Shown here one piece after another: positions 39,026-53,467 of a DNA stretch of 64,000 bases. The stretch is taken from NCBI GenBank assembly GCA_965655095.1, contig OZ296648.1:166160001-166224000 (forward strand), written 5' to 3'. Both the position numbers and the translations under genes were made by a program. Position 1 is the first letter of the stretch. Each line of letters starts with the position of its first letter. The notes beneath the pieces were generated by a model, which was not told where the DNA came from, made no database searches, and saw only the letters and a program-made list of their open reading frames with translations. Source of the DNA: Haplodiscus bocki. Lineage: Eukaryota.

Positions 39026-42000
39026 AACGGAAAAAAATCAAAAGGCTTCAGAGGAAAATTATTGTATTATCAAGATTTTGTTGTTTGCAAAAAAAGACAA
39101 AAAGTAACCGGAAGGTCGATAACAAGTTTTTTTGAGGGCAATATACAAACAATTAGGTGGAAACAGGAAATAATTTTCACTCACTGGGAATCGAACCGGT
39201 ATTGTCCCAGTTCTATGGCGCATACGCTAACGCTAAGCCACTCTGGTACTGTTTGATCGGAGCAAAAGCGTTTTATTTGGTTACGCAACAGTCTCCAACA
39301 TAAAATTTGGTGAATCTTACAGCTTCACTGAAAACGTGATTGTTTTTTTTTCGATCAAAATACATGGGCATTGCCGTATCTGGGTAACTTACTGCTCCAA
39401 TGTTGCAAGATGCTTCCATAGCATCAAATGTGCCCAAAATGGCATTTTCACTCGCTCATAGGGTCCTGTTGGATGCCTACTGTCAAAGATGGGCTCATCT
39501 GTTCCTTGTTCAGTCCCAATTTCTATCATTCATTTGGTTTTAGAAGTTAAAGGTTGCTAAGTCAGAGACCTTGAAACAAGTTGGTATTGTGTGGTATTCA
39601 TGCTCATAACATGTTCGCTAAGCCAGGTTATATTGTCAAAGTATAGTCTATTTTAACTTACGAAGCATTTTATGCCATCGAGTATAATTTTTGCTAACTT
39701 TGCCCCGTGCCACAGTGGCAGAGTTCTGAATACCGAGCCCTCATAATCAACTCTCCTCATTTTTGAACAATCGCCCATTCAAGAATCACTTTTAGCTACA
39801 TGCGTACAAAACCCAAACACGTCTTTTATGTAAAATCTAAGATTGTGCCCTTTTCAGTACTATCATTTCTAGGTTTTCTATTTCTCCATCAATTCGAGCA
39901 ACAACTGCTGCGTTTGCAACATCTTTTTTGGAAACAATCCTCATATCTTCTTCGTTGTCAGCTAATATTTTAAATATGAGGCTTGAAAGATAAACGGAAA
40001 AAACGGAGGAAAAAAATCAAAAGGCTTCAGAGGAAAATTATTGTATTATCAAGATTTTGTTGTTTGCAAAAAAAGACAAAAAGTAATCGGAAGGTCGATA
40101 ACAAGTTTTTTTGAGGGCAATATACAAACAATTAGGTGGAAACAGGAAATAATTTTCACTCACTGGGAATCGAACCGGTATTGTCCCAGTTCTATGGCGC
40201 ATACGCTAACGCTAAGCCACTCTGGTACTGTTTGATCGGAGCAAAAGCGTTTTATTTGGTTACGCAACAGTCTCCAACATAAAATTTGGTAAATCTTACA
40301 GCTTCACTGAAAACGTGATTGTTTTTTTTTCGATCAAAATACATGGGCATTGCCGTATCTGGGTAACTTACTGCTCCAATGTTGCAAGATGCTTCCATAG
40401 CATCAAATGTGCCCAAAATGGCATTTTCACTCGCTCATAGGGTCCTGTTGGATGCCTACTGTCAAAGATGGGCTCATCTGTTCCTTGTTCAGTCCCAATT
40501 TCTATCATTCATTTGGTTTTAGAAGTTAAAGGTTGCTAAGTCAGAGACCTTGAAACAAGTTGGTATTGTGTGGTATTCATGCTCATAACATGTTCGCTAA
40601 GCCAGGTTATATTGTCAAAGTATAGTCTATTTTAACTTACGAAGCATTTTATGCCATCGAGTATAATTTTTGCTAACTTTGCCCCGTGCCACAGTGGCAG
40701 AGTTCTGAATACCGAGCCCTCATATTCAACTCTCCTCATTTTTGAACAATCGCCCATTCAAGAATCACTTTTAGCTACATGCGTACAAAACCCAAACACG
40801 TCTTTTATGTAAAATCTAAGATTGTGCCCTTTTCAGTACTATCATTTCTAGGTTTTTTATTTCTCCATCAATTCGAGCAACAACTGCTGCGTTTGCAACA
40901 TCTTTTTTGGAAACAATCCTCATATCTTCTTCGTTGTCAGCTAATATTTTAAATATGAGGCTTGAAAGATAAACGGAAAAAACGGAGGAAAACGGAGGAA
41001 AAAAATCAAAAGGCTTCAGAGGAAAATTATTGTATTATCAAGATTTTGTTGTTTGCAAAAAAAGACAAAAAGTAACCGGAAGGTCGATAACAAGTTTTTT
41101 TGAGGGCAATATACAAACAATTAGGTGGAAACAGGAAATAATTTTCACTCACTGGGAATCGAACCGGTATTGTCCCAGTTCTATGGCGCATACGCTAACG
41201 CTAAGCCACTCTGGTACTGTTTGATCGGAGCAAAAGCGTTTTATTTGGTTACGCAACAGTCTCCAACATAAAATTTGGTGAATCTTACAGCTTCACTGAA
41301 AACGTGATTGTTTTTTTTTCGATCAAAATACATGGGCATTGCCGTATCTGGGTAACTTACTGCTCCAATGTTGCAAGATGCTTCCATAGCATCAAATGTG
41401 CCCAAAATGGCATTTTCACTCGCTCATAGGGTCCTGTTGGATGCCTACTGTCAAAGATGGGCTCATCTGTTCCTTGTTCAGTCCCAATTTCTATCATTCA
41501 TTTGGTTTTAGAAGTTAAAGGTTGCTAAGTCAGAGACCTTGAAACAAGTTGGTATTGTGTGGTATTCATGCTCATAACATGTTCGCTAAGCCAGGTTATA
41601 TTGTCAAAGTATAGTCTATTTTAACTTACGAAGCATTTTATGCCATCGAGTATAATTTTTGCTAACTTTGCCCCGTGCCACAGTGGCAGAGTTCTGAATA
41701 CCGAGCCCTCATATTCAACTCTCCTCATTTTTGAACAATCGCCCATTCAAGAATCACTTTTAGCTACATGCGTACAAAACCCAAACACGTCTTTTATGTA
41801 AAATCTAAGATTGTGCCCTTTTCAGTACTATCATTTCTAGGTTTTTTATTTCTCCATCAATTCGAGCAACAACTGCTGCGTTTGCAACATCTTTTTTGGA
41901 AACAATCCTCATATCTTCTTCGTTGTCAGCTAATATTTTAAATATGAGGCTTGAAAGATAAACGGAAAAACTGGAGGAAAACGGAGGAAAAAAATCAAAA

Positions 42001-45000
42001 GGCTTCAGAGGAAAATTATTGTATTATCAAGATTTTGTTGTTTGCAAAAAAAGACAAAAAGTAACCGGAAGGTCGATAACAAGTTTTTTTGAGGGCAATA
42101 TACAAACAATTAGGTGGAAACAGGAAAAAATTTTCACTCACTGGGAATCGAACCGGTATTGTCCCAGTTCTATGGCGCATACGCTAACGCTAAGCCACTC
42201 TGGTACTGTTTGATCGGAGCAAAAGCGTTTTATTTGGTTACGCAACAGTCTCCAACATAAAATTTGGTAAATCTTACAGCTTCACTGAAAACGTGATTGT
42301 TTTTTTTTCGATCAAAATACATGGGCATTGCCGTATCTGGGTAACTTACTGCTCCAATGTTGCAAGATGCTTCCATAGCATCAAATCTGCCCAAAATGGC
42401 ATTTTCACCCGCTCATAGGGTCCTGTTGGATGCCTACTGTCAAAGATGGGCTCATCTGTTCCTTGTTCAGTCCCAATTTCTATCATTCATTTGGTTTTAG
42501 AAGTTAAAGGTTGCTAAGTCAGAGACCTTGAAACAAGTTGGTATTGTGTGGTATTCATGCTCATAACATGTTCGCTAAGCCAGGTTATATTGTCAAAGTA
42601 TAGTCTATTTTAACTTACGAAGCATTTTATGCCATCGAGTATAATTTTTGCTAACTTTGCCCCGTGCCACAGTGGCAGAGTTCTGAATACCGAGCCCTCA
42701 TATTCAACTCTCCTCATTTTTGAACAATCGCCCATTCAAGAATCACTTTTAGCTACATGCGTACAAAACCCAAACACGTCTTTTATGTAAAATCTAAGAT
42801 TGTGCCCTTTTCAGTACTATCATTTCTAGGTTTTTTATTTCTCCATCAATTCGAGCAACAACTGCTGCGTTTGCAACATCTTTTTTGGAAACAATCCTCA
42901 TATCTTCTTCGTTGTCAGCTAATATTTTAAATATGAGGCTTGAAAGATAAACGGAAAAAACGGAGGAAAACGGAGGAAAAAAATCAAAAGGCTTCAGAGG
43001 AAAATTATTGTATTATCAAGATTTTGTTGTTTGCAAAAAAAGACAAAAAGTAACCGGAAGGTCGATAACAAGTTTTTTTGAGGGCAATATACAAACAATT
43101 AGGTGGAAACAGGAAATAATTTTCACTCACTGGGAATCGAACCGGTATTGTCCCAGTTCTATGGCGCATACGCTAACGCTAAGCCACTCTGGTACTGTTT
43201 GATCGGAGCAAAAGCGTTTTATTTGGTTACGCAACAGTCTCCAACATAAAATTTGGTAAATCTTACAGCTTCACTGAAAACGTGATTGTTTTTTTTCGAT
43301 CAAAATACATGGGCATTGCCGTATCTGGGTAACTTACTGCTCCAATGTTGCAAGATGCTTCCATAGCATCAAATCTGCCCAAAATGGCATTTTCACCCGC
43401 TCATAGGGTCCTGTTGGATGCCTACTGTCAAAGATGGGCTCATCTGTTCCTTGTTCAGTCCCAATTTCTATCATTCATTTGGTTTTAGAAGTTAAAGGTT
43501 GCTAAGTCAGAGACCTTGAAACAAGTTGGTATTGTGTGGTATTCATGCTCATAACATGTTCGCTAAGCCAGGTTATATTGTCAAAGTATAGTCTATTTTA
43601 ACTTACGAAGCATTTTATGCCATCGAGTATAATTTTTGCTAACTTTGCCCCGTGCCACAGTGGCAGAGTTCTGAATACCGAGCCCTCATAATCAACTCTC
43701 CTCATTTTTGAACAATCGCCCATTCAAGAATCACTTTTAGCTACATGCGTACAAAACCCAAACACGTCTTTTATGTAAAATCTAAGATTGTGCCCTTTTC
43801 AGTACTATCATTTCTAGGTTTTCTATTTCTCCATCAATTCGAGCAACAACTGCTGCGTTTGCAACATCTTTTTTGGAAACAATCCTCATATCTTCTTCGT
43901 TGTCAGCTAATATTTTAAATATGAGGCTTGAAAGATAAACGGAAAAACTGGAGGAAAACGGAGGAAAAAAATCAAAAGGCTTCAGAGGAAAATTATTGTA
44001 TTATCAAGATTTTGTTGTTTGCAAAAAAGACAAAAAGTAACCGGAAGGTCGATAACAAGTTTTTTTGAGGGCAATATACAAACAATTAGGTGGAAACAGG
44101 AAATAATTTTCACTCACTGGGAATCGAACCGGTATTGTCCCAGTTCTATGGCGCATACGCTAACGCTAAGCCACTCTGGTACTGTTTGATCGGAGCAAAA
44201 GCGTTTTATTTGGTTACGCAACAGTCTCCAACATAAAATTTGGTAAATCTTACAGCTTCACTGAAAACGTGATTGTTTTTTTTTCGATCAAAATACATGG
44301 GCATTGCCGTATCTGGGTAACTTACTGCTCCAATGTTGCAAGATGCTTCCATAGCATCAAATGTGCCCAAAATGGCATTTTCACCCGCTCATAGGGTCCT
44401 GTTGGATGCCTACTGTCAAAGATGGGCTCATCTGTTCCTTGTTCAGTCCCAATTTCTATCATTCATTTGGTTTTAGAAGTTAAAGGTTGCTAAGTCAGAG
44501 ACCTTGAAACAAGTTGGTATTGTGTGGTATTCATGCTCATAACATGTTCGCTAAGCCAGGTTATATTGTCAAAGTATAGTCTATTTTAACTTACGAAGCA
44601 TTTTATGCCATCGAGTATAATTTTTGCTAACTTTGCCCCGTGCCACAGTGGCAGAGTTCTGAATACCGAGCCCTCATATTCAACTCTCCTCATTTTTGAA
44701 CAATCGCCCATTCAAGAATCACTTTTAGCTACATGCGTACAAAACCCAAACACGTCTTTTATGTAAAATCTAAGATTGTGCCCTTTTCAGTACTATCATT
44801 TCTAGGTTTTCTATTTCTCCATCAATTCGAGCAACAACTGCTGCGTTTGCAACATCTTTTTTGGAAACAATCCTCATATCTTCTTCGTTGTCAGCTAATA
44901 TTTTAAATATGAGGCTTGAAAGATAAACGGAAAAACTGGAGGAAAACGGAGGAAAAAAATCAAAAGGCTTCAGAGGAAAATTATTGTATTATCAAGATTT

Positions 45001-45918
45001 TGTTGTTTGCAAAAAAAGACAAAAAGTAACCGGAAGGTCGATAACAAGTTTTTTTGAGGGCAATATACAAACAATTAGGTGGAAACAGGAAATAATTTTC
45101 ACTCACTGGGAATCGAACCGGTATTGTCCCAGTTCTATGGCGCATACGCTAACGCTAAGCCACTCTGGTACTGTTTGATCGGAGCAAAAGCGTTTTATTT
45201 GGTTACGCAACAGTCTCCAACATAAAATTTGGTAAATCTTACAGCTTCACTGAAAACGTGATTGTTTTTTTTTCGATCAAAATACATGGGCATTGCCGTA
45301 TCTGGGTAACTTACTGCTCCAATGTTGCAAGATGCTTCCATAGCATCAAATGTGCCCAAAATGGCATTTTCACCCGCTCATAGGGTCCTGTTGGATGCCT
45401 ACTGTCAAAGATGGGCTCATCTGTTCCTTGTTCAGTCCCAATTTCTATCATTCATTTGGTTTTAGAAGTTAAAGGTTGCTAAGTCAGAGACCTTGAAACA
45501 AGTTGGTATTGTGTGGTATTCATGCTCATAACATGTTCGCTAAGCCAGGTTATATTGTCAAAGTATAGTCTATTTTAACTTACGAAGCATTTTATGCCAT
45601 CGAGTATAATTTTTGCTAACTTTGCCCCGTGCCACAGTGGCAGAGTTCTGAATACCGAGCCCTCATATTCAACTCTCCTCATTTTTGAACAATCGCCCAT
45701 TCAAGAATCACTTTTAGCTACATGCGTACAAAACCCAAACACGTCTTTTATGTAAAATCTAAGATTGTGCCCTTTTCAGTACTATCATTTCTAGGTTTTC
45801 TATTTCTCCATCAATTCGAGCAACAACTGCTGCGTTTGCAACATCTTTTTTGGAAACAATCCTCATATCTTCTTCGTTGTCAGCTAATAGTTTAAATTTG
45901 AGGCTTGAAAGATAAACG
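39026..45918 (+). repeat. Tandem array of 7 near-identical ~979-989-bp units
   Basis: The same 64-aa ORF recurs at 39062, 40041, 41030, 42019, 43008, (frameshifted ~43996) and 44984. The array is bounded by AACG microhomology at 39026 and 45915. Confidence 0.98.
39178..39252 (-). repeat. tRNA-derived SINE-like head (present in each array unit)
   Basis: Minus strand reads AGTGGCTTAGCGTT (A-box-like) ... GGTTCGATTCCC (B-box); no valid acceptor stem. Confidence 0.6.
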
Positions 45919-46330
45919 CCACCATTTCTTTTATCTTTACTACTAAAAAATGCGGAACTCGAATCCCTATAACGGGCCGAATCTAATAATATGACTTCGT
46001 TGAATGTATCGCCGTCGGCGTAACGGCTATCGTAAGCATTTTTGTTCACTAAAAAATCCATTCCTGGCTATGAATCTCTTAGGTCTGTGAACAAGTCTTC
46101 TCTGAGGATGCATATTTTGAAGGCTTAATTTCCATTGACGCCTGATATTCATGTTGAATTAAAGGCTACAAAATCAGACTTAAATTTAGTTCTATCGGCG
46201 ACTTCTATTTTTGTCCAGTTGATATTTCTTGGATTGAGTGCCTTTTCCAAGCATGCCTTCATTTCCTTTTTTATTCATATATAGTTGTCAATAGCGTTTA
46301 ATTCTTAATGTCACAAAACCTCAACTTGTT
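45300..46330 (-). pseudogene. CR1-like RT relic; its distal part is amplified in the array
   Basis: FKLLADNEEDMRIV (FADD-like) and GLGIQ (DLG-like). The reading frame continues across the array boundary at 45918 into unique sequence. Confidence 0.55.
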
Positions 46331-46449
46331 AACTTTTTCAACGGTTCTTGATTTACCCTATATAGTTTTTGTGTTTCTTTTTATCGTTTCATTTTTGCAT
46401 TGTGGTTTCTCTCGTTTTGCTTTCATTTTGTTTAAGTTAGGAGTAGGAT

Positions 46450-47110
46450 TCCTTGACCCACATAAAACTCAGAGCTCTTTTTAGGTGAAGTGTGAAGGGT
46501 ATTAATTCAATATGATTGTCGATGCTTGAGCCACCGTTGTCTTCCATCCAAAAGTCTCAGCTGTGCAGTTTTTCCTATACATCAAAATCCTGGGTTCCAA
46601 AACAATTTGAAAGGAAAACTTCCTTCTTCCTAAGGTTGCATTGAAACTTCTTAATAAACACACATACTTCCACCCAATTCAGTGCTTCATAGCTGCTTTA
46701 GAAACATTTATGTGGACTGAAATGGATAAGCAGCAATAGTACGCGATCCCATTGTCGAAAAATACGTTTTCAGCAGTAAGCGAGAAAGACTACCAATATA
46801 TCTCATCAACCAGGTCTTTAGTAGTAAGCTAAACTGCCGATTTGTCACAAATCCACATCAAGTTTGAGGACTTTGTCTACCTAAATCAGACTTCCTTTTT
46901 GTTTGTATTTGTATATGTTAATTGATATATATGTTTATGCTTTTGTTTATGTTTGTGTGTTTGTTTATGTGTATGTTTATCTTTTTGTAAATGTATATGT
47001 TTATACATTTTTTGAACAATAGTCTGATTTAGATAGATCATGCCCACATGCTTAAGGTCAATTGATGACAAAACAGCACTTTATTGCCTTTGGTTTTACT
47101 CAATGCAATA
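46450..47110 (+). mobile_element. 3' end of a CR1-like LINE
   Basis: CTGCCGATTTGTCACAAATC...TG/TA-rich tail, homologous to the inverse of 31680-31930. Confidence 0.55.
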
Positions 47111-48799
47111 AAAAATCGACCAAAAGTACTTGCTACAATTTCAAACAAGCCGGCAAAATCACCAGCACGCTGCGTCCATGGAGTTTACAAGTCATAAGAA
47201 GCTTTTGATCATTCAGAGAAGACAGTAGATTAAAGTATGAAGAAACAATCAAATCAGTTCTCAATCCATTCTGAAGACTGAAAACAACCTGAAACACGAT
47301 CATTTTATGTTTTTGCGACAAATTTGATGAAATTTCTTTGAAACACAACAAACGAAAACACTAGTTCTACTAACTATCCTCTAAAAAAATCTACGCAATA
47401 GCATTTTTTGATGGCGAGTCTTTGTAAATTACAAATGTTTTCCCCAACAAGCAAGTTCGTTTTTTACATTTGAATTACCCTGGCAATGCATAAAGTCCGA
47501 GAAAGTCCTGTGAACTTGGAGGGCACTGAGACGATTACATTACAAGCTTTTCCTATGAGTTTCTTGAGCATTACGCTCCCTCGCGCATTTCCCAGCGTTT
47601 TTTGCGGGTTGAATGTTTATGCAAGCCAAAAAATTAGCGCCTAAACTATTTAGCGCACAGCTATACTTACCGAGCGTTTCTCGATCTGTACAACGAGTTA
47701 GTTTTGCGACAAAGTTACTTTGTCGTGAGTTTTCCGCCTCATTTCTGACGAATTGCTGACGACAATTCCTATTCAACGATTTGCCTTCGACTCGTTTTCC
47801 GCATCTCAATGATAAAACAGGACGATTGTTCTAAGCTTTGGCAACCTTTGCTATGGAAAATCAGCAACAACACAACGGTCACATCAGCCCACCCCCAACA
47901 CTAAAAACAATCGTAGACAAACCCCTTTATTTTACCAAAAGTTTGTTTTAAAGATGAAAGAAAATGAATCAATTTTGACTGAGTGAAACCACTTTTCAAA
48001 TCTAACCAAATGACCAAGACCTCAATGTATAACATTGTTGTGAACATCATTTGTCAAAAATGAATTTTTATCTGGCAAAAAGGCTCCTAGTCGTTTGAGC
48101 TACCTCTTATAAATTTTCAGGTTATCCCCATAAAAAGTTTGAGTCGCTACTTTCAGGGACAATCTTTCTGAAAAACGAGCAAACTCAGCATCAGAAGTTG
48201 CATCAGCAAATATTTGGATGTTAGAAGAAGAAATAATTTCTCCGAAGATTATCGAAATATCATATGACTTCAATAATTAGTGCAGAGACTCGGAAAGGAC
48301 TGGTAACGAGATCAACAGATCTGCTTTCCAACCAGCCCTGGCTATAGCGTGTCAAAATCCAAATGAGGCTCAGAAGGTATGAATAACAATTTTCAAAAAA
48401 AAGGGAAAGATTAGATTTCAAAAAAACGCATAATTTTAAAAATTGTGATATAGCTTTCATATTTGCTCAATCTCTTCGAATTCTCTTTTGTGGTCTCAGT
48501 GGCTGGGAAGAACCACCCAAAGCAAGAACGATTGAAACTTTGAAGGCTGAGAGCGTGTATCAATTTTTTTTAGCTTACTCAAGAAAACAAATCCGAAAAC
48601 ATGAAATTCCCGAAGTGCGTTACAGCTTCTAAAAAAGCGAATTGACCTGTTTTGACGCTTTTATCGATATCACGGTACTTGAGTAGTAGGTACCGTTCAA
48701 ATTTTTGATAAAGTTCATAGTGAAGAAACACCTATCCAATAAGTAATTTGATCAGTTCACTGTTATTCAGAATGAAACTGGATTTGAGCTTATGATAGT

Positions 48800-51580
48800 A
48801 CAATCGAATTTGCTCAATATTCCAAGCATTGACAATTTCGGGCAACACTGCTGCAGATATCATCGCGTTAGGTAGCATTGATCCTCGATACTTAATGGAC
48901 TGCTTGATGAGTTCTGATTTTGGTGCAGGGACTTTCAGTAGATTATGAGCTGACTGCCGAGTCGATCGTAGAGAATTTTCCTAGCAAAAAAGATCGTTTG
49001 AAAACTCTTTCGCGTGATTTTGGGTTATAAATCGTAGTAGAAATTTGAGTAGTTCATACGCGTGCAATTCAAACACCGTTAAAGTTTTATTCGAAGTAAA
49101 AATATCTTCACAGTGATCTCGCTTGCACCTGAAGTAAATCATCTTTAGAATTCTTCTCTGAAGAAATAGCATGGGATTCAAATGACATTTGCTGGAGCAA
49201 TCCTAAATAAGGATACCATAACGAATGATTGGATATATATTGTAACTTGTAATAATTAAACAGATTCTTTCTTGCTACATAATGACGGAGTTTGCTTATC
49301 AAACCACTTTCTTTTCCGAGTCTCTCCATCACAGATTGGTAAGGTTTTTTGGACAGGAAGTTGATAGTAAATAGTTATTCCTAAATATTTGCATGTTGGG
49401 TTACAACTTATAACTGAGTTGCAAATTACATTAGTATATTTCGAAAAACTTGAAGCACTAGAACCTATGGTCATTTTCAAAGTTTTGTCAAAACAACAAA
49501 TCTATTTGCAATTAAGCACTTCGAGATTGCAGTTAAACCCTCTTCTACATTTTCAATTGGTGGATTCAGAGCAGTAACATTTGTATCATCAGCAGAAAGG
49601 AACAATTTTGTATGCTTTGAAACTTTGGGCAGATAATTTAAATATATCAAGAAAAGGAGTGGTCCTTAGATCGACCACTGAGGAACTTCGCAAGTTATAT
49701 CCAAGCAGTCGAAAGTATCATTACTCAACTGATTGCGTTAATGCCGACCAGAAAGATAGCTACTCATCCAGTAATAGCAATTATTTCGCAGTCCGTATAA
49801 TTCTAGATTTCTTAGGAGTAGACCATGGCCGATGGTATCAGAAGCTTTTCTTAAATCTAGAAAAAAGTTGATTACATTTTCCCTATTTTCTTCTCGCATT
49901 CGTCCAGTCATGTCAGCAATTGCGTTCAAAGTTCAATGTTTCTTCCTGAAACCGTACTGCTTGCCACGGAAAAGTTTATATTTTTCGAAGTACCGGTAAA
50001 CTCTGGTGTGCATCACTTTTTCGAAAATTTTGCTCCATACAATGAGTAGTGATATCGGGCGTGGTTATCTTCATCTAACTTCGACCCCTCCTCATGAATC
50101 GGAATCACTTTCACTTTTTTCAGAGAGTTAGGAAAAAGACCTTCATTCAGAGACCGATTACTAAGGGTAGTCAAGTATGGCACAGTAACGCTACTGGTCA
50201 ACTTGACAAGAACGTTATGTATTTCATCGTCTCCCGAGAATTTCTCATCAAGCGAAGCAAAAATTGAAGTAACTCCAGCACAGCTTGTTTCATACGGAAG
50301 CATATGGTGTACAGCAGATTCAAGCAGAACAGGATTCATCGCTGGTAAATTCTTCGTGACGGTTTTTCCAATGTTATTAAATTGTTCGAACTGGTTCGGA
50401 TTACCTTTTCGAGTTGGATCTTCTTACTGTAATTGGCATGTATTTAGTACCGGTATCTGACCGCTTTTTGTTTTCTGACCATTTATTTCAATGATCAATT
50501 TGTAAGTTGTTCTTACGTGTCCCAAGCAGTTCTGGAAATTTGTTAGAAATTAGTCTTTTTTGCCCATTTGATCTCGTTCTGTCTTCTGTCTGGTATCTTT
50601 GAATTTTTTTATTGAAAATAGGTTCCATTGGTTACATTTCCATTCTCTAAGAAATTTATTTCTTTTGTTTATAAAAATCCCGCCTGGTTGTTGAACCACT
50701 TTGGTAATTTCGAAGTTTTCCTGGAAGATTCTCTATAGGGGGCAAAGGAGTGCGTTACTTTCAAAAACTTTTCTCGAAAACAATCAAATGCCATGTTCAT
50801 GTCATCAATGTTCTCAAAGCAATTCTGCGCTGCAGCGAATTCGTTCGTTATAATTTGCAGAAAACGCACAAAAACCCGAGTGTTTTTCAAAAACGAACAA
50901 TTTCTGTAGTACGTCACATTTGATGCCTTTTCTTTCACATTACCGGTTATCAAAAGTGTTTCACGATCAAAGAAACTGTGTTGTTCTAGAGCATTCACAA
51001 TGCATTTAATGTTTTGCGTTATCACGTGATCTATACAAGTTTTTGATACTTGTGTTATTCTGGTAGGCTCATTAGACAATATTTTGAAATCAGTGCCTTC
51101 AATGACTTTAAGATATTCTGACTTCAATAAGCTGTTAGCTAGTATAACTATGTTGACTTCTCCGCAATATATGATTGGAGCTCGCTCAGCCAATATTTGC
51201 TCCAGGAAACTGTCTGAGATCTCCAAAAATTCCTTTTCATTATTTGCAGGCGCACTGTATATGCCCAATACTATGATCCGGAATCCCGAGAAACTTAAGA
51301 GCACAAACGCCCTCTCCTTAAAAGGGCTATGGTATATTTTTAGGATATTACAACTTTCTCGCACTTGTATCATAGCGCCACCTGATCGCTGAACTCTAAT
51401 GCTAGCCTCCAATTGTTTAAAACCTGCTGCTAGATTTTTATCGTTATCGTTTTTAAGAAGCCAGATTTCAGTTAGACAGAGATTAGGAGGGGGACATTGA
51501 AGGCTATATATTAGTGCTTTAAGATCGTCTAAGTGCTTATTAAGAGAGCGTACATTCAGACACAATAAAGTAAGATTGCT
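48800..51580 (-). pseudogene. LINE ORF2 (APE endonuclease + reverse transcriptase)
   Basis: LNVRSL, LTEIWL, GGA, IYSAP, GEVNI, PTR, CIDHV; GLFPNSLKKVKVIPI, FLDLRKASDTIGH, GPLLFLIY, ADDT, KYLGI. Confidence 0.9.
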
Positions 51581-51639
51581 TTCGGTTAAATTATTTGTCG
51601 AGGATAACTTTGGCCGCTGTTCCACTCTGCCAGGGCAAC

Positions 51640-52543
51640 ATTGCTGGTAGTCTTTCGGTTGAAAACATGATATCATTGTGTTGTTGTACTGCAGAAAAGA
51701 GCCACCTTCATAGACTCCTGGCAAAGAGTATATTTTGTTGTCTTCTTTCCAGACATAATAGATGGTGCCTTCGCGTGTCCACGTAGATGAGACTCGTGTA
51801 TCGGTTCTCAAAAAGATGAAGAAGTGGATTCATGGTGCAGTTAGATCCACGAATAGTCTCCCATTCCCATAGGCAATCTTGCCAGTTGTTTCTTGTTTTT
51901 TTAGGAGCTGCAATTTTCCAATCCTTCCTGCAAATCGTAGAATAATTGGGCGCTCGCCTGGTTTACGGGATGGAAGTCTACGGGCAATTGATATTTCGTT
52001 GTCATTGACTTTAGCTTCACAAACATGAGAAAGTTTAATCATCGACGGATTCGTGGGTAGTTCGATTATTTTCATCCGTGCTCGTTTTCTCTTGAAGACC
52101 AATAATTCGGACATTCTCTCGTCGGTTATAATTTTTTAGTGACTCCGTTTCAGAAAGAATCTTCAAATGTTCATTCTGCCGCGAATTTCTAATTTCGGAT
52201 TGGACATCCATCAAAATCTTTTTCTTATATGTCTCGAGTTCTTCATGAATCAGAGGCTTGATGAGTTGTTGTAGGGAGCTCTTGACTTGAGATTCTGGAT
52301 TTTTTTTGGAACCAACTCAATTACAGTACTTTCCACTATTTCTTCAAGTCGACTGGTGACATTGTCTTCGATTACTTCTTCTGATAGGGGGCTGACTTCG
52401 GATCTTGTTCTCTTGTTCTGAGGTCTTCGAGGAGATGGATTAGGTGTTTGATCCATGAATCTTAATGTTGGTGATTGCTGAGATTCAATGTTTTGCATTT
52501 GCTTTTGATGTTGCTCGTCCTCACCTATGCCTCGCTGGATCAT
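51640..52543 (-). pseudogene. LINE ORF1 (coiled coil, RRM-like region, WTREG C-terminal domain)
   Basis: NKRTRSEVSP; ISIARRLPSRKPGERPIILRF; FVDLTAP; STWTREGTIY. Confidence 0.75.
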
Positions 52544-53339
52544 GTCTATTTAATAAGTTTATCACAACAATTAGGCTAATGTTAAGAAACTGAAAGGGAC
52601 CGAAACAGCCAAAGGAAGTTTTAGTGATCCCTATGTCTGATGAGGTTTGAGAACGGCCATGGAATGAAAATGGAAACTGCGAATTGAGAGGCCAGTCATT
52701 TTTCAGCAAATCGACAAAACTCGACATCATATATCCGTCTCAATGTTGAGACTACCATGCCAGCAAAACTAAACTATACCTGAACAAAATGCTCCTTTTG
52801 AAGCAATTTCGTCTCATAAGTTTTTCACTGAACATGAATGAAAGTTAGGAGAAACCGCTGTGAAAGAAGGACTAAAAGGGAAATAAATAGTATGCTTCTA
52901 TAGCATTATATGAATCATTACTTGATCATATTGCATCGAGATTTGAAACACATAATCGCCCTTAATTACTTAATTATTCTATGTCAGTGTAATTTTCGAC
53001 AAGACCCTACAGAAAAAAATGAGTCAGCAGTTCACAAGATAAAACCACTTTGAACATCGCTTGAGCCGACATCAAATGCTTTTGTAGCAACATTTGACCG
53101 TGATTTGCGAAATAAGCATCCAAGTCGAAACTCAGCTCTAATCAAGCGAAACTACCTCCCGACGGTTTTCTATTAGGCACTACACGAAGTTGAGTCCTTA
53201 TGTCAAGATGAATAACCATAATGACAGACAACTAGCTTGGACCTCAAACACTTTTGTGTCAAAAGTGGGGTCATCTTTCGTGAAACACGATACTACTCAG
53301 AAATAGATCTTACATATAAAGAACGCTACGTCAATAATA

Positions 53340-53410
53340 ATATAGGTGCGGATTATATCAGTCAAACTCTGATCGACTTTGACTTTGACTGACATAATCT
53401 GCACCTATAT
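53340..53410. other. 27-bp-stem DNA hairpin
   Basis: ATATAGGTGCGGATTATATCAGTCAAA (53340-53366) pairs with TTTGACTGACATAATCTGCACCTATAT (53384-53410) at 25/27; 17-nt loop. Confidence 0.9.
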
Positions 53411-53467
53411 CACATACAAGAAGAATTTCACGAATGTGTGTATATATACAACGTATTCCGACATTGA

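Larger units (their letters stand above)
48700..52560 (-). mobile_element. Near full-length decayed CR1-clade LINE
   Basis: ORF1, APE endonuclease and RT motifs all present in order on the minus strand. Confidence 0.9.

Noticed and set aside
39062-39256. Repeated 64-aa ORF as a tandem gene family
   Set aside because: TTG start, antisense to a tRNA-like head, frameshifted in unit 6, no domain.
50669-51811. 380-aa ORF as a real ORF1-ORF2 fusion
   Set aside because: It joins the ORF1 C-terminus to the endonuclease in a copy with many lesions, including catalytic GDFN->GEVN and SDH->FDR; likely accidental.
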